Both the position numbers and the translations under genes were made by a program. Positions 41,011 through 50,459 of a DNA stretch of 64,000 nt are shown here, one piece after another; positions within the stretch are counted from its first letter, which is position 1; each line of letters opens with the position of its first letter. Source of the DNA: an uncultured delta proteobacterium (GTDB lineage Bacteria > Desulfobacterota > Binatia > Binatales > Binataceae); the NCBI GenBank assembly GCA_963724765.1, contig CAVRVY010000001.1:128001-192000 (forward strand). The letters are read 5' to 3'. The notes under the pieces are model-generated. The model saw only the letters and a program-made list of their open reading frames with translations, was not told the DNA's origin and searched no databases.

Positions 41011-42270
41011 TTAGACCTTACGGATCGCTTCCGTTGGCCGAAAGTGCGCAGCCCGCCATGCTGGATAAAAAGCGGACACAAGCGCTGTGATAGCCAATCC
41101 GAGCGCGGCTTCATAATAGGCGGAGAAATCCTGGCGACCGTACCAGAGATGGCCCACTACGACTCCAGCGAGAGAGACCACTTCACCTGTGGCACCGCCC
41201 AAGTCGAGGCCATGGACCTGCAAATACCACAGCAGCGGAGCGCCAATTAGTCCCCCCAAAACCAGACTGACCCCGGCCAAAGCTGCCGCCTCTGCGAGGA
41301 TAAGGCTAATTACCTGGGCCGGCCTCATTCCAAGCGCCATGAGCATGCCGAACTCGCGAGTGCGCTCAAAGACCGCCATCAACATAGTGTTCATGATGCC
41401 GATGACTGCTAACAGAAAGAAGATAAAAAAGAGCACAAAAGTTATGCTGCGATTGAACTGCACATAGTCGGCCAGCTCGGGCACCAGTTGCTCCCAGGAC
41501 ATCACTTGAACAGGTGGTCTCTTGGCCAGTCGGACCTGAAGTGCTGCGGTGACCGCCGTGGCTTCGGCTATGTCGTGAAGCCTGATGCCGATCTCATGTA
41601 TCCTCTCCGGCGCCAGGCTCAATAGTTTCTGCAGAGAAGAAAGGGACATGAGCACCACGCTCCGGTCCAGAGCATCAAGGCCAGTGTGAAAAATTCCGGT
41701 AATGGTGTACAGGTCATTGCCCATCGAACCGTCGGCCGCCTGGGTTAACAGGACGATCTGCGATCCCACCTGGACGCCAATGGTGCTGGCGAGCTTGTCT
41801 CCCACTGCCACACCCATCGGCATCCGTTCGCTCAGGTAGCTCCCCTTTACCATCTGGGTATTGAGGACAGTGATCTTTGGTTCTTGATCGGGAACGACTC
41901 CCAAAAGCTCCACCCCGGAGGAGCGATGGCCCGAGTTCACCAGACCGTAGCCGTACACCCGGGGAGCCACGGCATAAACTCGTGAGTCTGCAGTGATGGC
42001 GGCAAGCAGCGCGCTCACGTCCGTCCCTTTCCTCCCGCCCAAGGTTTTCTGGATGGGACGATTAGGGTAGTAACCTGGTGCGTGCACCTGGATCTGAGAA
42101 AGAACCAGGCGCGTGCCGTTTTCAATCATTTGCCATCTGAGGCCGGCCATCAGGCAAGCAACGAACATCAGCATGGCATAGCCCAGGGCGATGGCGGCCA
42201 TAGTGATGAAGGTACGCCGCGGATTGCGCCAGAGATTGCGCCAGGCAAGCTTGAGAAGCTGCGTGCTCAT
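41011..42270 (-). CDS. FtsX/LolC-like ABC permease
   Basis: AWRNLWRNPRRT, NTMLMAVFERTREFGML. Confidence 0.92.
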   Translation of the reverse strand: MSTQLLKLAWRNLWRNPRRTFITMAAIALGYAMLMFVACLMAGLRWQMIENGTRLVLSQIQVHAPGYYPNRPIQKTLGGRKGTDVSALLAAITADSRVYAVAPRVYGYGLVNSGHRSSGVELLGVVPDQEPKITVLNTQMVKGSYLSERMPMGVAVGDKLASTIGVQVGSQIVLLTQAADGSMGNDLYTITGIFHTGLDALDRSVVLMSLSSLQKLLSLAPERIHEIGIRLHDIAEATAVTAALQVRLAKRPPVQVMSWEQLVPELADYVQFNRSITFVLFFIFFLLAVIGIMNTMLMAVFERTREFGMLMALGMRPAQVISLILAEAAALAGVSLVLGGLIGAPLLWYLQVHGLDLGGATGEVVSLAGVVVGHLWYGRQDFSAYYEAALGLAITALVSAFYPAWRAAHFRPTEAIRKV

Positions 42271-43130
42271 TACTTCATGTTGGGCAGGGAGAACGTCTCC
42301 GCGCTGATCGGCACGTCGAAGCTGATATTGTCGTACACAACAGTAGTCTGCTCCTCAGGTTTGTCCGCCGCTTGCATAACCAGGCGCGTAGGAACGAGCC
42401 TCCCCCCCATTGTTTTGTAATCAGAAAAAGTCAGCTCCCGCACCAGCTTGCCGTCTTCATCGTAGTAGCCTTGCCAGGCCGGCATCAGGTTGGTCTGGCG
42501 GATCTGCAGAACAATTTTGCCCCAGACTACCACTGCCTCCGGCTTGGGCGTCAAGGTATATTCATATACCGCGACTTTACCCCGTTTTCCTTCAAAGGAT
42601 GTCGCGATAGAGTAGTCGCGGGTAAGAAAACTCTCTTTCACGAGGTCGTCGATAGTGAAGGCACTTCCCATCCACGAAGTCATCGTCATTGAAGTAGGAA
42701 GCTTGACCGTGCGTTTCGTTTTCGGCAGGTAGTACCAGATGTCGCGACCGACTTTGAGGATCGCTGTGCCGGCTTGATCTTGAGGAGCATCGATATGCAC
42801 CAGAACCTTGTCGCCTAGCGACCAGATCTTCATCGAGAGGTTGCGTGGAGCGTCTTCATTGGAGACTTGCATTGTCAGCGAGGCGATGCTGGATTTGCTG
42901 CTAAACAGGCGAGCTACATGGTCCACGATTTGCCGTGCCCGTGGATCGTCCGCGCCATGAGACGGCTCGGCCGCTGCGGCATGAGAGAGATGGGCCGGAC
43001 CCAGCAATGCCAGCGCAACGCATATGGCTAAACCTGCTTCTTTCCATCGCATAACTAGACCATGTTTACCCCGAAACGGCCCAAGCAACGCGGGAACACG
43101 CGAGCCTGTCTGAGTCTGATCGGCGCTCAA
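42270..43130 (-). CDS. LolA-like outer-membrane lipoprotein-sorting protein
   Basis: GTAILK, WYYLP, SWMGSAFT.DDL, YYDEDGKL; real start may be 43052. Confidence 0.85.
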   Translation of the reverse strand: MSADQTQTGSRVPALLGPFRGKHGLVMRWKEAGLAICVALALLGPAHLSHAAAAEPSHGADDPRARQIVDHVARLFSSKSSIASLTMQVSNEDAPRNLSMKIWSLGDKVLVHIDAPQDQAGTAILKVGRDIWYYLPKTKRTVKLPTSMTMTSWMGSAFTIDDLVKESFLTRDYSIATSFEGKRGKVAVYEYTLTPKPEAVVVWGKIVLQIRQTNLMPAWQGYYDEDGKLVRELTFSDYKTMGGRLVPTRLVMQAADKPEEQTTVVYDNISFDVPISAETFSLPNMK

Positions 43131-43134
43131 GCCG

Positions 43135-44097
43135 TCATGCCTGCCCGACCGTACGCTTCGTTATGAGTTCGCGTTTAACTTCGACGACTTCAGTGACAAG
43201 CGGCTTACCCATCAATAGTCCCATCGGTATTCGCACCAGAAGGTTAAAGGCGCATACGGCCAGGGAGAGCGCGAACAGATCGTCCTTGCTGGCGAACCGT
43301 GCAAAACTGAGGGTGAAGACGAGCTGAGTCGTTCCGATCCCTCCCGGCGAAAACGGCGCATTGCCTATCGCCACAATGAATGGCGTCAACGCCAATGCCT
43401 GCGTTAGCGGGAGCTTTATATGAAAACTCGCGAACTGTCCGTAGAGCGATAAGCCTGCGCCCAGGAAAATCAGGAACCTGATAGAGAGCAGACTGAGATA
43501 CTGCAGCGGCCGCGCCATGCGGAAGCTTACCAGCGACGGCCGATCGTAGATCCATCGGAGCCAATTTCCGGCCCCGAGCCTAGCCCCCCACAACAGCCAG
43601 AACGTGGCGATGAAACCGCCAATTCCAAGCGCACCTGCCGCGTAATTCAAGCCGAGACGGATCGGTGACGTCGGCACGACCGCGATCGCAAGCAGCGATA
43701 GTACGGCCAGCAGCATCACGTCGACGTAGGTCTGGAACAGCAAGGTGCCTACGCCCGTCAGCCAGGGCACGCGCTTGCGTGTGTGAAGGAAGAGCACATA
43801 CATACTGCTGGCTACATAGGAGTTGACGATCTGAAAAAAATAGACCGTGGCCATGGTCGGAAGCAGCTCGCGCGACTTGGTCGGCCCGTGGAAATAACTG
43901 AACAGACGGGAATACAGGATCGTCTCACCGACAAACCAGCATAGAAGGCCCCCAAGGCTCGCGCCCACAAAGAGCCAGAACCTGGCACGGCCCGCGGCAT
44001 CGGCCACCTGGCTCCAGGAGATGCCACGCGCGGCGTACCATACGATTGCCGCCGCTATCCCATAGGCGACAAGGTTTTGCAGCACTGTCTTGCGCAC
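43135..44097 (-). CDS. Lysylphosphatidylglycerol-synthase TM / flippase-like membrane protein
   Basis: Multiple TM helices; PFSPGGIGT motif; GAAGGAG RBS before GTG 44097. Confidence 0.7.
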   Translation of the reverse strand: MRKTVLQNLVAYGIAAAIVWYAARGISWSQVADAAGRARFWLFVGASLGGLLCWFVGETILYSRLFSYFHGPTKSRELLPTMATVYFFQIVNSYVASSMYVLFLHTRKRVPWLTGVGTLLFQTYVDVMLLAVLSLLAIAVVPTSPIRLGLNYAAGALGIGGFIATFWLLWGARLGAGNWLRWIYDRPSLVSFRMARPLQYLSLLSIRFLIFLGAGLSLYGQFASFHIKLPLTQALALTPFIVAIGNAPFSPGGIGTTQLVFTLSFARFASKDDLFALSLAVCAFNLLVRIPMGLLMGKPLVTEVVEVKRELITKRTVGQA

Positions 44098-44174
44098 CTG
44101 GACTTTCACTCCTTCAGGGATAGGGGTAACGCAGCCCTGCGCATAGGCAATGCGGTATTTCTCCTCAGCGTCGC

Positions 44175-45240
44175 TTCGTTGGACAGATATCAACAGGGTG
44201 TCGCGGGCGAATCGGCGGGCATCCAGGGAGGGGGCTCCCGGATGCCCGCCTGCTCACCGTTTGCCTTGCGGCGAACGTCGCTCGGCAAGCGGAAGAATTG
44301 TCACAATCAGCTTGAATTCCGTCACGGGTGAGCGGACTCCTCTTGGTCACTCCGATGCGCGCTCTCGAATACCTACTGTATTTCGATACGCGCGCCAGAG
44401 CCATCGGGCCACGATGTGAGTTGGTTACATGGAGCACCAAGCCCGTCGAACCGCAGGGTTGGGGCCGGCGGCGGTCTGTTACAGTAATGCTTATGCGCGC
44501 CGTGCGAGTGTCAGGGAGCCGAAGATTACGGGGACTCAGGAACATCTCCTGGCTCACCGCGCGCCAGCTGAACCGGCTGGCGGCGGCGCTGGCCATGAGC
44601 CGGGTGGCCAAGCGCGGGATCATCTTCGACGAACAGCATGCGCCCGAATCGGCGTACGTCCTGCTCTCGGGGGTGGCGCGGATCACCTGCTGCAACCGCA
44701 AGGGCGATCGCACGCTGGTGATAATGGTCGCGCCGGGGATGATCCCTGGTTTCCCGCCGCCGGTGTCCGGGATCAGCTATAGCTTCCGCTGCGAGGCGGT
44801 CACCGACTGCCAGATCGGAACCGTGGCGCTGGGGACCTTCATTGAAATCGCGCTGGGGATCGCCTCGGCCGACTTCAAGCGCATGGCCGCCAGCTATTCG
44901 GGACGCTGGGACCTGGTGCAATTGCGCTGCGCGAATTTCATGAGTTGCACGCTGGAGGAACGCGTGGCGCTGATTCTGCTGGAGCTGAGCGAGAACTTCG
45001 GCGTTCCCGATCGGCAGGGCGTGCGGCTGACCGTGCCGGCGCGGCACAAGGACCTGGCCGAACTGGTGGGCGCCTCCCGGCCGCGGGTGACCGAATATCT
45101 CGCGCTGCTCGAACGCGAGCATCTGATTGTACGCGAGGGCCGTCAATTGATCGTCAAACGCGAGCGGCTGGAAAACTTTCTCGCCCACCGGCATTCGTCC
45201 GCCAGCCGCCGCCAGTTCGAAAACACCCTCGCGTCATAAC
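44175..45240 (+). repeat. 1,066-bp direct repeat, copy 2
   Basis: Matches 12155-13220. Confidence 0.95.
44487..45239 (+). CDS. Crp/Fnr-family regulator (copy 2, protein identical to copy 1)
   Basis: Identical translation in the ORF track. Confidence 0.88.
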   Translation: MLMRAVRVSGSRRLRGLRNISWLTARQLNRLAAALAMSRVAKRGIIFDEQHAPESAYVLLSGVARITCCNRKGDRTLVIMVAPGMIPGFPPPVSGISYSFRCEAVTDCQIGTVALGTFIEIALGIASADFKRMAASYSGRWDLVQLRCANFMSCTLEERVALILLELSENFGVPDRQGVRLTVPARHKDLAELVGASRPRVTEYLALLEREHLIVREGRQLIVKRERLENFLAHRHSSASRRQFENTLAS

Positions 45241-45371
45241 CCAAGGGCCAAGGGTGATCACTCGCAAGGTGCAGGCGTGGACGAAGCACGTGCGTGCGAA
45301 AGACTGGCTGCGGTGTAATTTTCACTTTTGCGAGGCCCTTGTCGGCCAGACCATCGCGATGTTCTGATGAC

Positions 45372-45584
45372 CTACCACTTGAAGGCGCCTTGGTTGGAGC
45401 CGGTAGGCGCGGCAGTCCTCGATACCGCTTTCCGTTGGCTGGTCAAGAACGAAATGTCCGCGCCTGGCCTGTCGGGAAACAGGACTGAAACGTCAATGTC
45501 CGAAAAGCCCGCTACCTTAAGCTGGTCGACGATGGTGACTGCTGGATCTTCGCCTTTTGCGAGATCAAATAACTCTTTTTGCAC
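45372..45584 (-). pseudogene. Truncated general-stress protein (N-terminal remnant)
   Basis: A.TIVDQLKVAGFS..DVSVLFPD resembles the N-terminus of YflT-like stress proteins; the TM half is absent. Confidence 0.45.
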
Positions 45585-45597
45585 GAGGTTTATTCTT

Positions 45598-45753
45598 CTA
45601 CTTTTTTACTTTATCGATCAGGCGTTCCACCGTTTTCTTCACCTTACCGGTGGCCTGATCCATCCGTCCTTCGTCCTTAAGCTTTTGGTCGTTCGTCACA
45701 ACACCAACTGCTTCCTTAGCGCGGCCTTTGATCGTGTCGGTCGTTTCACTCAT
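45598..45753 (-). CDS. CsbD-family stress protein
   Basis: KGRAKEAVG..TND..LK.EG..DQ..GKVK; GGAGG RBS. Confidence 0.9.
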   Translation of the reverse strand: MSETTDTIKGRAKEAVGVVTNDQKLKDEGRMDQATGKVKKTVERLIDKVKK

Positions 45754-45778
45754 CGCATTGTCCTCCCGTTTTGATTGT

Positions 45779-46030
45779 TTAAAGCAGATGCCCGCCGCGA
45801 ACGAGCGGACCACCCGCGCTCATCTTTCCCATGCTCTGCCGCGGCCCGGAAGCAGAGGACGTGCTCGAAACGTCGCCAGCATCCAGGGCGATCGTTTCGA
45901 GCAGCTCGTAGATTCTGGCGCGCGCTTGGCGAACTTCGCTGGCCGGACTAGCGACTTGTTCGGACAGCAGGAAAGTCAATTCGGTACGCGCGCGCGTGAG
46001 CTCCAGTTTCAAGTGACTATACGTCTCCAT
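45779..46030 (-). CDS. Hypothetical protein
   Basis: ATG ORF co-oriented within the stress cluster. Confidence 0.4.
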   Translation of the reverse strand: METYSHLKLELTRARTELTFLLSEQVASPASEVRQARARIYELLETIALDAGDVSSTSSASGPRQSMGKMSAGGPLVRGGHLL

Positions 46031-46089
46031 GTTATCCAGCCTTTATCAGCGCCAGCGTAATCGCGGCCTCGCGCAACGGTCGTCAAGTA

Positions 46090-46266
46090 TTACCGAAAAT
46101 ACATCGCATGTCCGAAGCCACCACCACCCATCAAAAGAAACACAACCAGGATGATGAGCAGAAGGCCCGCCAGACCCATTCCCCGCCCGCCATAGTAGCC
46201 GCCGCGGTATCCATAAAACCCGCCGCCGCCGAGTAGTAAAATCAGCACGATAATGACAAGTAACAT
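46090..46266 (-). CDS. DUF3309-like small membrane protein (58 aa, not in ORF track)
   Basis: MLLVIIVLILLLGGGGFYGYRGGYYGGRGMGLAGLLLIILVVFLLMGGGGFGHAMYFR. Confidence 0.8.
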   Translation of the reverse strand: MLLVIIVLILLLGGGGFYGYRGGYYGGRGMGLAGLLLIILVVFLLMGGGGFGHAMYFR

Positions 46267-46362
46267 ATAAGTTCCATCCTCTTGGTTATTCGATCCGTCT
46301 AACTTGCACCGCGGCCGGCCTGCGAGAACTCAGAATCCACAGCCTTGGCGTTCGTCGGATCG

Positions 46363-46434
46363 TCAGACTACACCGAGCAGCCAGAGCACGAGCACGATCA
46401 CCACGATGCCTCCAACAGAAATGGGAAGGTACAT
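46363..46434 (-). CDS. 23-aa single-TM small protein (not in ORF track)
   Basis: MYLPISVGGIVVIVLVLWLLGVV with a GAGG RBS. Confidence 0.55.
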   Translation of the reverse strand: MYLPISVGGIVVIVLVLWLLGVV

Positions 46435-46581
46435 AAAGGACCTCTTCAGGCCTTTCTCTCGCAACTTGAAGGTTGGTCTAGCAGAACGCGGTCAAAGGCG
46501 AGTGGAAGGGCCGCCGTTTGGCTGGATCAAATTCGGACTTCGATTCCTATGTCGATCCCGACTCACCCAGACTACATCTAT

Positions 46582-46597
46582 TGTGAGCCAAATCCCA
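46582..46597. promoter_or_regulatory. CRP-like site TGTGA-N6-TCCCA
   Basis: One mismatch to the canonical TGTGA-N6-TCACA. Confidence 0.45.
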
Positions 46598-46615
46598 CGG
46601 CAATAACTCCCCGTT

Positions 46616-46657
46616 GGTTCTATGGAGAACAAAATGGGTTCTATGGAGAACAAAATG
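46616..46657. repeat. 21-bp tandem duplication, each unit containing GGTTC-N6-GAACA
   Basis: (ggttctatggagaacaaaatg)x2. Confidence 0.85.
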
Positions 46658-46826
46658 CGTCATTCAGGAAGCTTGCCCGCGCCTCTATAGCAAGTTCATT
46701 CTCAGCGGCGCACGGCGCGAACGCGATCGTTTCCATCATAGAAATCCGACTCGCGATTCCAGACCGGCGGGTCCGCGCGCTAGAGTGTCTCAGTGCGGTC
46801 GCAGTAGCTGACGCGTGCGAGGTGTT

Positions 46827-47354
46827 ATGAATCAGATCAATATAGTCGATAAGTGGGAACAGAAACGCATGCGTCATCGCCATGAGCATGCGCCGCTGAT
46901 TAACGTTAACCGGGCGCTGGTGGAGGTCCTGACGCCCGGCCAGCGGATGGCTGACTCGTTCGCGCTGGTAATGGGCAGTTGGAAATTCATGATCGTTCAA
47001 TCGCTGATTCTGGCTGCGTGGATCGTCGTGAACGTCATCGCCTGGGTGCACCACTGGGACCCGTACCCATTCATCCTCCTGAATTTGGCGCTCAGCTTCC
47101 AGGCCGCGTACGCTGCACCGATCATCATGATGTCGCAGAATCGACAGGCGGCGAAAGACCGCTTGATGGCGGAGCAGGACTACCTGGTCAACACCAAGGC
47201 CGAGGAAGAAGTGAAGGCAATCATGCATCATCTAGAGCAGCAGGACGAGGCGATGATCGATATTCTGCATACGATGGAGGAGCAGCATCGGGCGATCATT
47301 AAGGGATTCGCCGCGATGGGGTTTAACGGCAATGGGACTCCAGCGCCCGCCTGA
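46827..47354 (+). CDS. DUF1003 membrane protein
   Basis: GSWKF, DPYPFILLNLALSFQAAYAAPIIMMSQNRQ. Confidence 0.92.
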   Translation: MNQINIVDKWEQKRMRHRHEHAPLINVNRALVEVLTPGQRMADSFALVMGSWKFMIVQSLILAAWIVVNVIAWVHHWDPYPFILLNLALSFQAAYAAPIIMMSQNRQAAKDRLMAEQDYLVNTKAEEEVKAIMHHLEQQDEAMIDILHTMEEQHRAIIKGFAAMGFNGNGTPAPA

Positions 47355-47505
47355 GGTCTGAAGGCCCCGCGGAAAATGCCATCGGTTGGGTGGACAGGCC
47401 GATTTCGACTGCCGTCGCGAGGCCCCGATCATGATGCAAGCTGCGTAGTACGCACGTACCGAGGCGCACTTCTCCGCTTCACGCTCGTATCGAACCGCGA
47501 TATGC

Positions 47506-48276
47506 TCAGAAGCTGAAATTGTTCGGGCGAGAGCGAACCGCGCTTCGGGGCGCCTGAAGATTGTGGGTTTCGAGTAACACGTCGATTCCTTCGTCGTGAA
47601 ACAACTCGCGCAGTGCGGCGCCAATGTCGGGATCTTCACGGCCGGCGAGTTGTGGGCCGGCTTCGATTACTGTCACTCGTGAACCAAAGCGCCTCATCGC
47701 CTGCGAGAGTTCGAGTCCGACGTAGCCACCGCCCATAACGATTAGATGCTCCGGCAGTCTGTCGAGGTCGAGCGCTTCGACGTGAGTCATCGGTTGGGCC
47801 GCCGAGAGTCCCGGGATATCGGGCATAGTCGCGCGCGAACCCAGACCGAGGAACACGCGCTCGCCGAAAATCCGTCTCGCACCGCCGTCGTTGAGCGCGA
47901 TTTCAACGGTCTTGGGAGCGACGAAGCGGGCGTCGCCCATGATCAGTTCCGCGCCGCTCGCCGCATGACGATTGACGTGCATCTGATGCAGACCCTCGAC
48001 CATCATCCGCTTGCGACGTTGAACGCCCGCCATGCTGATCGCAAGCGAATCCATTTTGAGTCCGAATTCCGCACCACGCCTGGCCAGCGAGGCTACTTTC
48101 GCGGAGTAGATCAGGTTTTTGCTCGGCAGGCAGGCGACGTTGGGGCACGCCCCGCCGAGCCATCTCCGTTCAACCAACGCGGTGCGATGACCCGCCTTGG
48201 CCATCGTCCAGGCGAGGAACTTCCCCGCTTCTCCGCTGCCGAGAGCAAGAATCTCGTACGTTTCGATGTCTGGCAT
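47506..48276 (-). pseudogene. C-terminally truncated pyridine nucleotide-disulfide oxidoreductase (MerA/RclA-like)
   Basis: GSGEAG, GGACPNVACLPSK and GGGYVGLE present; similarity stops at about residue 240, with no dimerisation domain. Confidence 0.75.
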
Positions 48277-48683
48277 TGTCCCCGACTCCTCTCTGTAGCC
48301 ACGGTTCGCTAGGCCCTTTTGTCGACCAGGGATCACCTCTTGGCTTTATTCCTGGATACATCTTCTCCAGCGGGACTTAACTTATCCGGCACGGCTCGCT
48401 CTTCTCAGAGTTTGCCATCTCAGCATCTGTTGTTCTCCATCTACCACCGCTTTGGGGTATGCGCCTGAGGTCTCGCGCGTCTCACAGCGCTCTCACTTGA
48501 GGCTTAGCAGTGGTGGAGCATTTGTTCGGCAGATCCATCTCTATTCGCATTGTCCGGGTGTCCACGGGAGAGCCTTCGAGCGACTAGCGACCGGGGAAGC
48601 CATTTCCTTTTGAGTTCACGACCCATCAATTTGCAGACACATCTTCACGAAGAGAACTTCAGGCAGTCGCGACTGATCTCCAT

Positions 48684-49274
48684 TCAATCGCGGAAGGGTG
48701 TGCCTGCAATGATGTCGCAGAAATTTGGTCTGACGTAGCCGGGCAGGAAGCGCTCGACTGCGTCACCCATAGTATTAGCCCACCCGGTCTGCGGCTTATG
48801 GAAAATTGCTTCAGCGAAGGTTCGTGGCATCACCTCTTTGAAGTTAAGTCGGGGAAAGGCCGCCAGGACCTCTTCGCGCTCCGAGTCCGCAACCTCCTGA
48901 AAACCAATACCTAACACGTCCACGTTCACGCCCTCATAGACCAGTTCAATCTCGGGCCGCTTGTACTTCGGAATTTCCAAGGTGTTATGCAGCGCGATCG
49001 CATCCCAAACGATTTCGATCGATTGTCGAGGGATTCCGCGCTCGACGAGGAACTTGCGAGCCGCGTTTGCTCTGTCGAGTTCGAATCGTTCATTCGGGCT
49101 GCTGTACTTTTTGACTAGCCCGAAGTCATGGAATACGGCGCCCAGGTAAAGCAACTCATGATCCACGCTGAGACCGTGACGCGCGCCGTGCAGGGCGCCA
49201 AACAGATACACACGAAGAGAGTGATTGAATAACATTGGCGATGCGGAAGCCCGCAACAGCTCGGTGGCCTCCAT
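48684..49274 (-). CDS. HD-domain protein
   Basis: FNHSLRVY, FHDFG, RFE, VWDAIALH; 5' end uncertain or degraded. Confidence 0.75.
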   Translation of the reverse strand: MEATELLRASASPMLFNHSLRVYLFGALHGARHGLSVDHELLYLGAVFHDFGLVKKYSSPNERFELDRANAARKFLVERGIPRQSIEIVWDAIALHNTLEIPKYKRPEIELVYEGVNVDVLGIGFQEVADSEREEVLAAFPRLNFKEVMPRTFAEAIFHKPQTGWANTMGDAVERFLPGYVRPNFCDIIAGTPFRD

Positions 49275-49763
49275 CCCTGCATCATCATACTGAGCGAGCC
49301 CGGTATCAGACGCCTCAGGAATTCGCGTGCGGCATGGGACGTAGCGACAAACCTCTTCGGACCGATTCAGAATAGTCGTCCGCGGCCACGCGACAGAATG
49401 ATCGGAGAAGTTGCTCGACCGAAGCGCGCAAGAGGTTGAGAACCGCCTCGCAAGGCGTGCCGGCAGGCGTCGTCGGAAAGGGGCCGATACGTGGATTCCT
49501 TGGCGGCCAACGAAGAAATCTCCCGTCAGATTGCGACCGAGCTTGCCGAATCGCCGATTGCAAATACCGATGTTGCTCTTATACTCCAGCGACAAGAATT
49601 AGACCAAGCCGTCGGTCCGCATCCGCGGCGCCCCGTGACCACGTGGAACAATGCGATCGCGTAGGGCGATCCCTGCAGGCGGCGGCCCCCTGTTACCGTC
49701 GACGAGGCTCATTGCTATCTGGCACGCGCGAAGGTTCTCGCCTTCGAAGCCCTTCCACAATTA

Positions 49764-50037
49764 GTGACCGAGATAGCTTCGCGCACCGCGACCCTCAAGA
49801 CGCTCGAAGGCGTGCTGCTTTCGCTGATCCTGAGCGAGCGCAGCCGCGCCCAGGGCAACAATACAAGCGGGCTTCTCGACGCGCCCGAACTCGCCAAGCG
49901 CTTGGGATTTCCGCAATCATGGGTCAGGGAACAGGGCACGGCTCGGAAAGCTGCCTTTCATCCGACTCGGCCACGTTCGATTCAGGCTTGAAGAAATCGA
50001 ACGCTACCTCGCGGAACGCGCCAGCCAAGCCGCTTGA
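49764..50037 (+). pseudogene. Frameshifted excisionase-like (HTH_17) gene
   Basis: LLDAPELAKRLGFPQSWVREQ, then +1 shift at 49934-49936, then ARLGKLPFIRLGHVRFRLEEIERYL. Confidence 0.7.
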
Positions 50038-50069
50038 TTTCCGGTCCGCCGTACTATACGCCCGTATAA

Positions 50070-50261
50070 ATGACCGGCGGGGAGATTCGTGCGCTCAGGG
50101 AAAAACTGGGCTGGACTCAGATGGCCTTGGCCGAGGCTATCGGAGTAACCTCGAACACCGTAGCCCGATGGGAGTGCGGCGAGATGGCGATCTCCGAATC
50201 GGCCGCCAGACTCCTCCAAAAAATCGCCGCTGAGCAACGATCTCGTACTGGGAAGAGGTGA
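50070..50261 (+). CDS. XRE/Cro HTH regulator
   Basis: IRALREKLGWTQMALAEAIGVTSNTVARWE. Confidence 0.85.
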   Translation: MTGGEIRALREKLGWTQMALAEAIGVTSNTVARWECGEMAISESAARLLQKIAAEQRSRTGKR

Positions 50262-50459
50262 GGGCGCTATGACTTCGATCAAACGGCACCATCAGGGCAA
50301 CGGCCAGAATTGCGAATGCCCATGGCGGCTTGATTATCGCCCGATGGGCACCTACGGCTCCCGACGGCGATTATTTTTCCCGACCAGGAAGGCAGCGGAG
50401 AAACAGCTCGCGCTCGCGCCGAGAATCAAAATCGTGTAAGTGCTTGATTTATAAGGCTT

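Noticed and set aside
46616-46657. Possible CRISPR array
   Set aside because: Only two adjacent units, no spacers and no cas genes
47506-48276. Functional mercuric reductase / mer operon
   Set aside because: Truncated, lacks the C-terminal Cys pair, and no other mer genes are present
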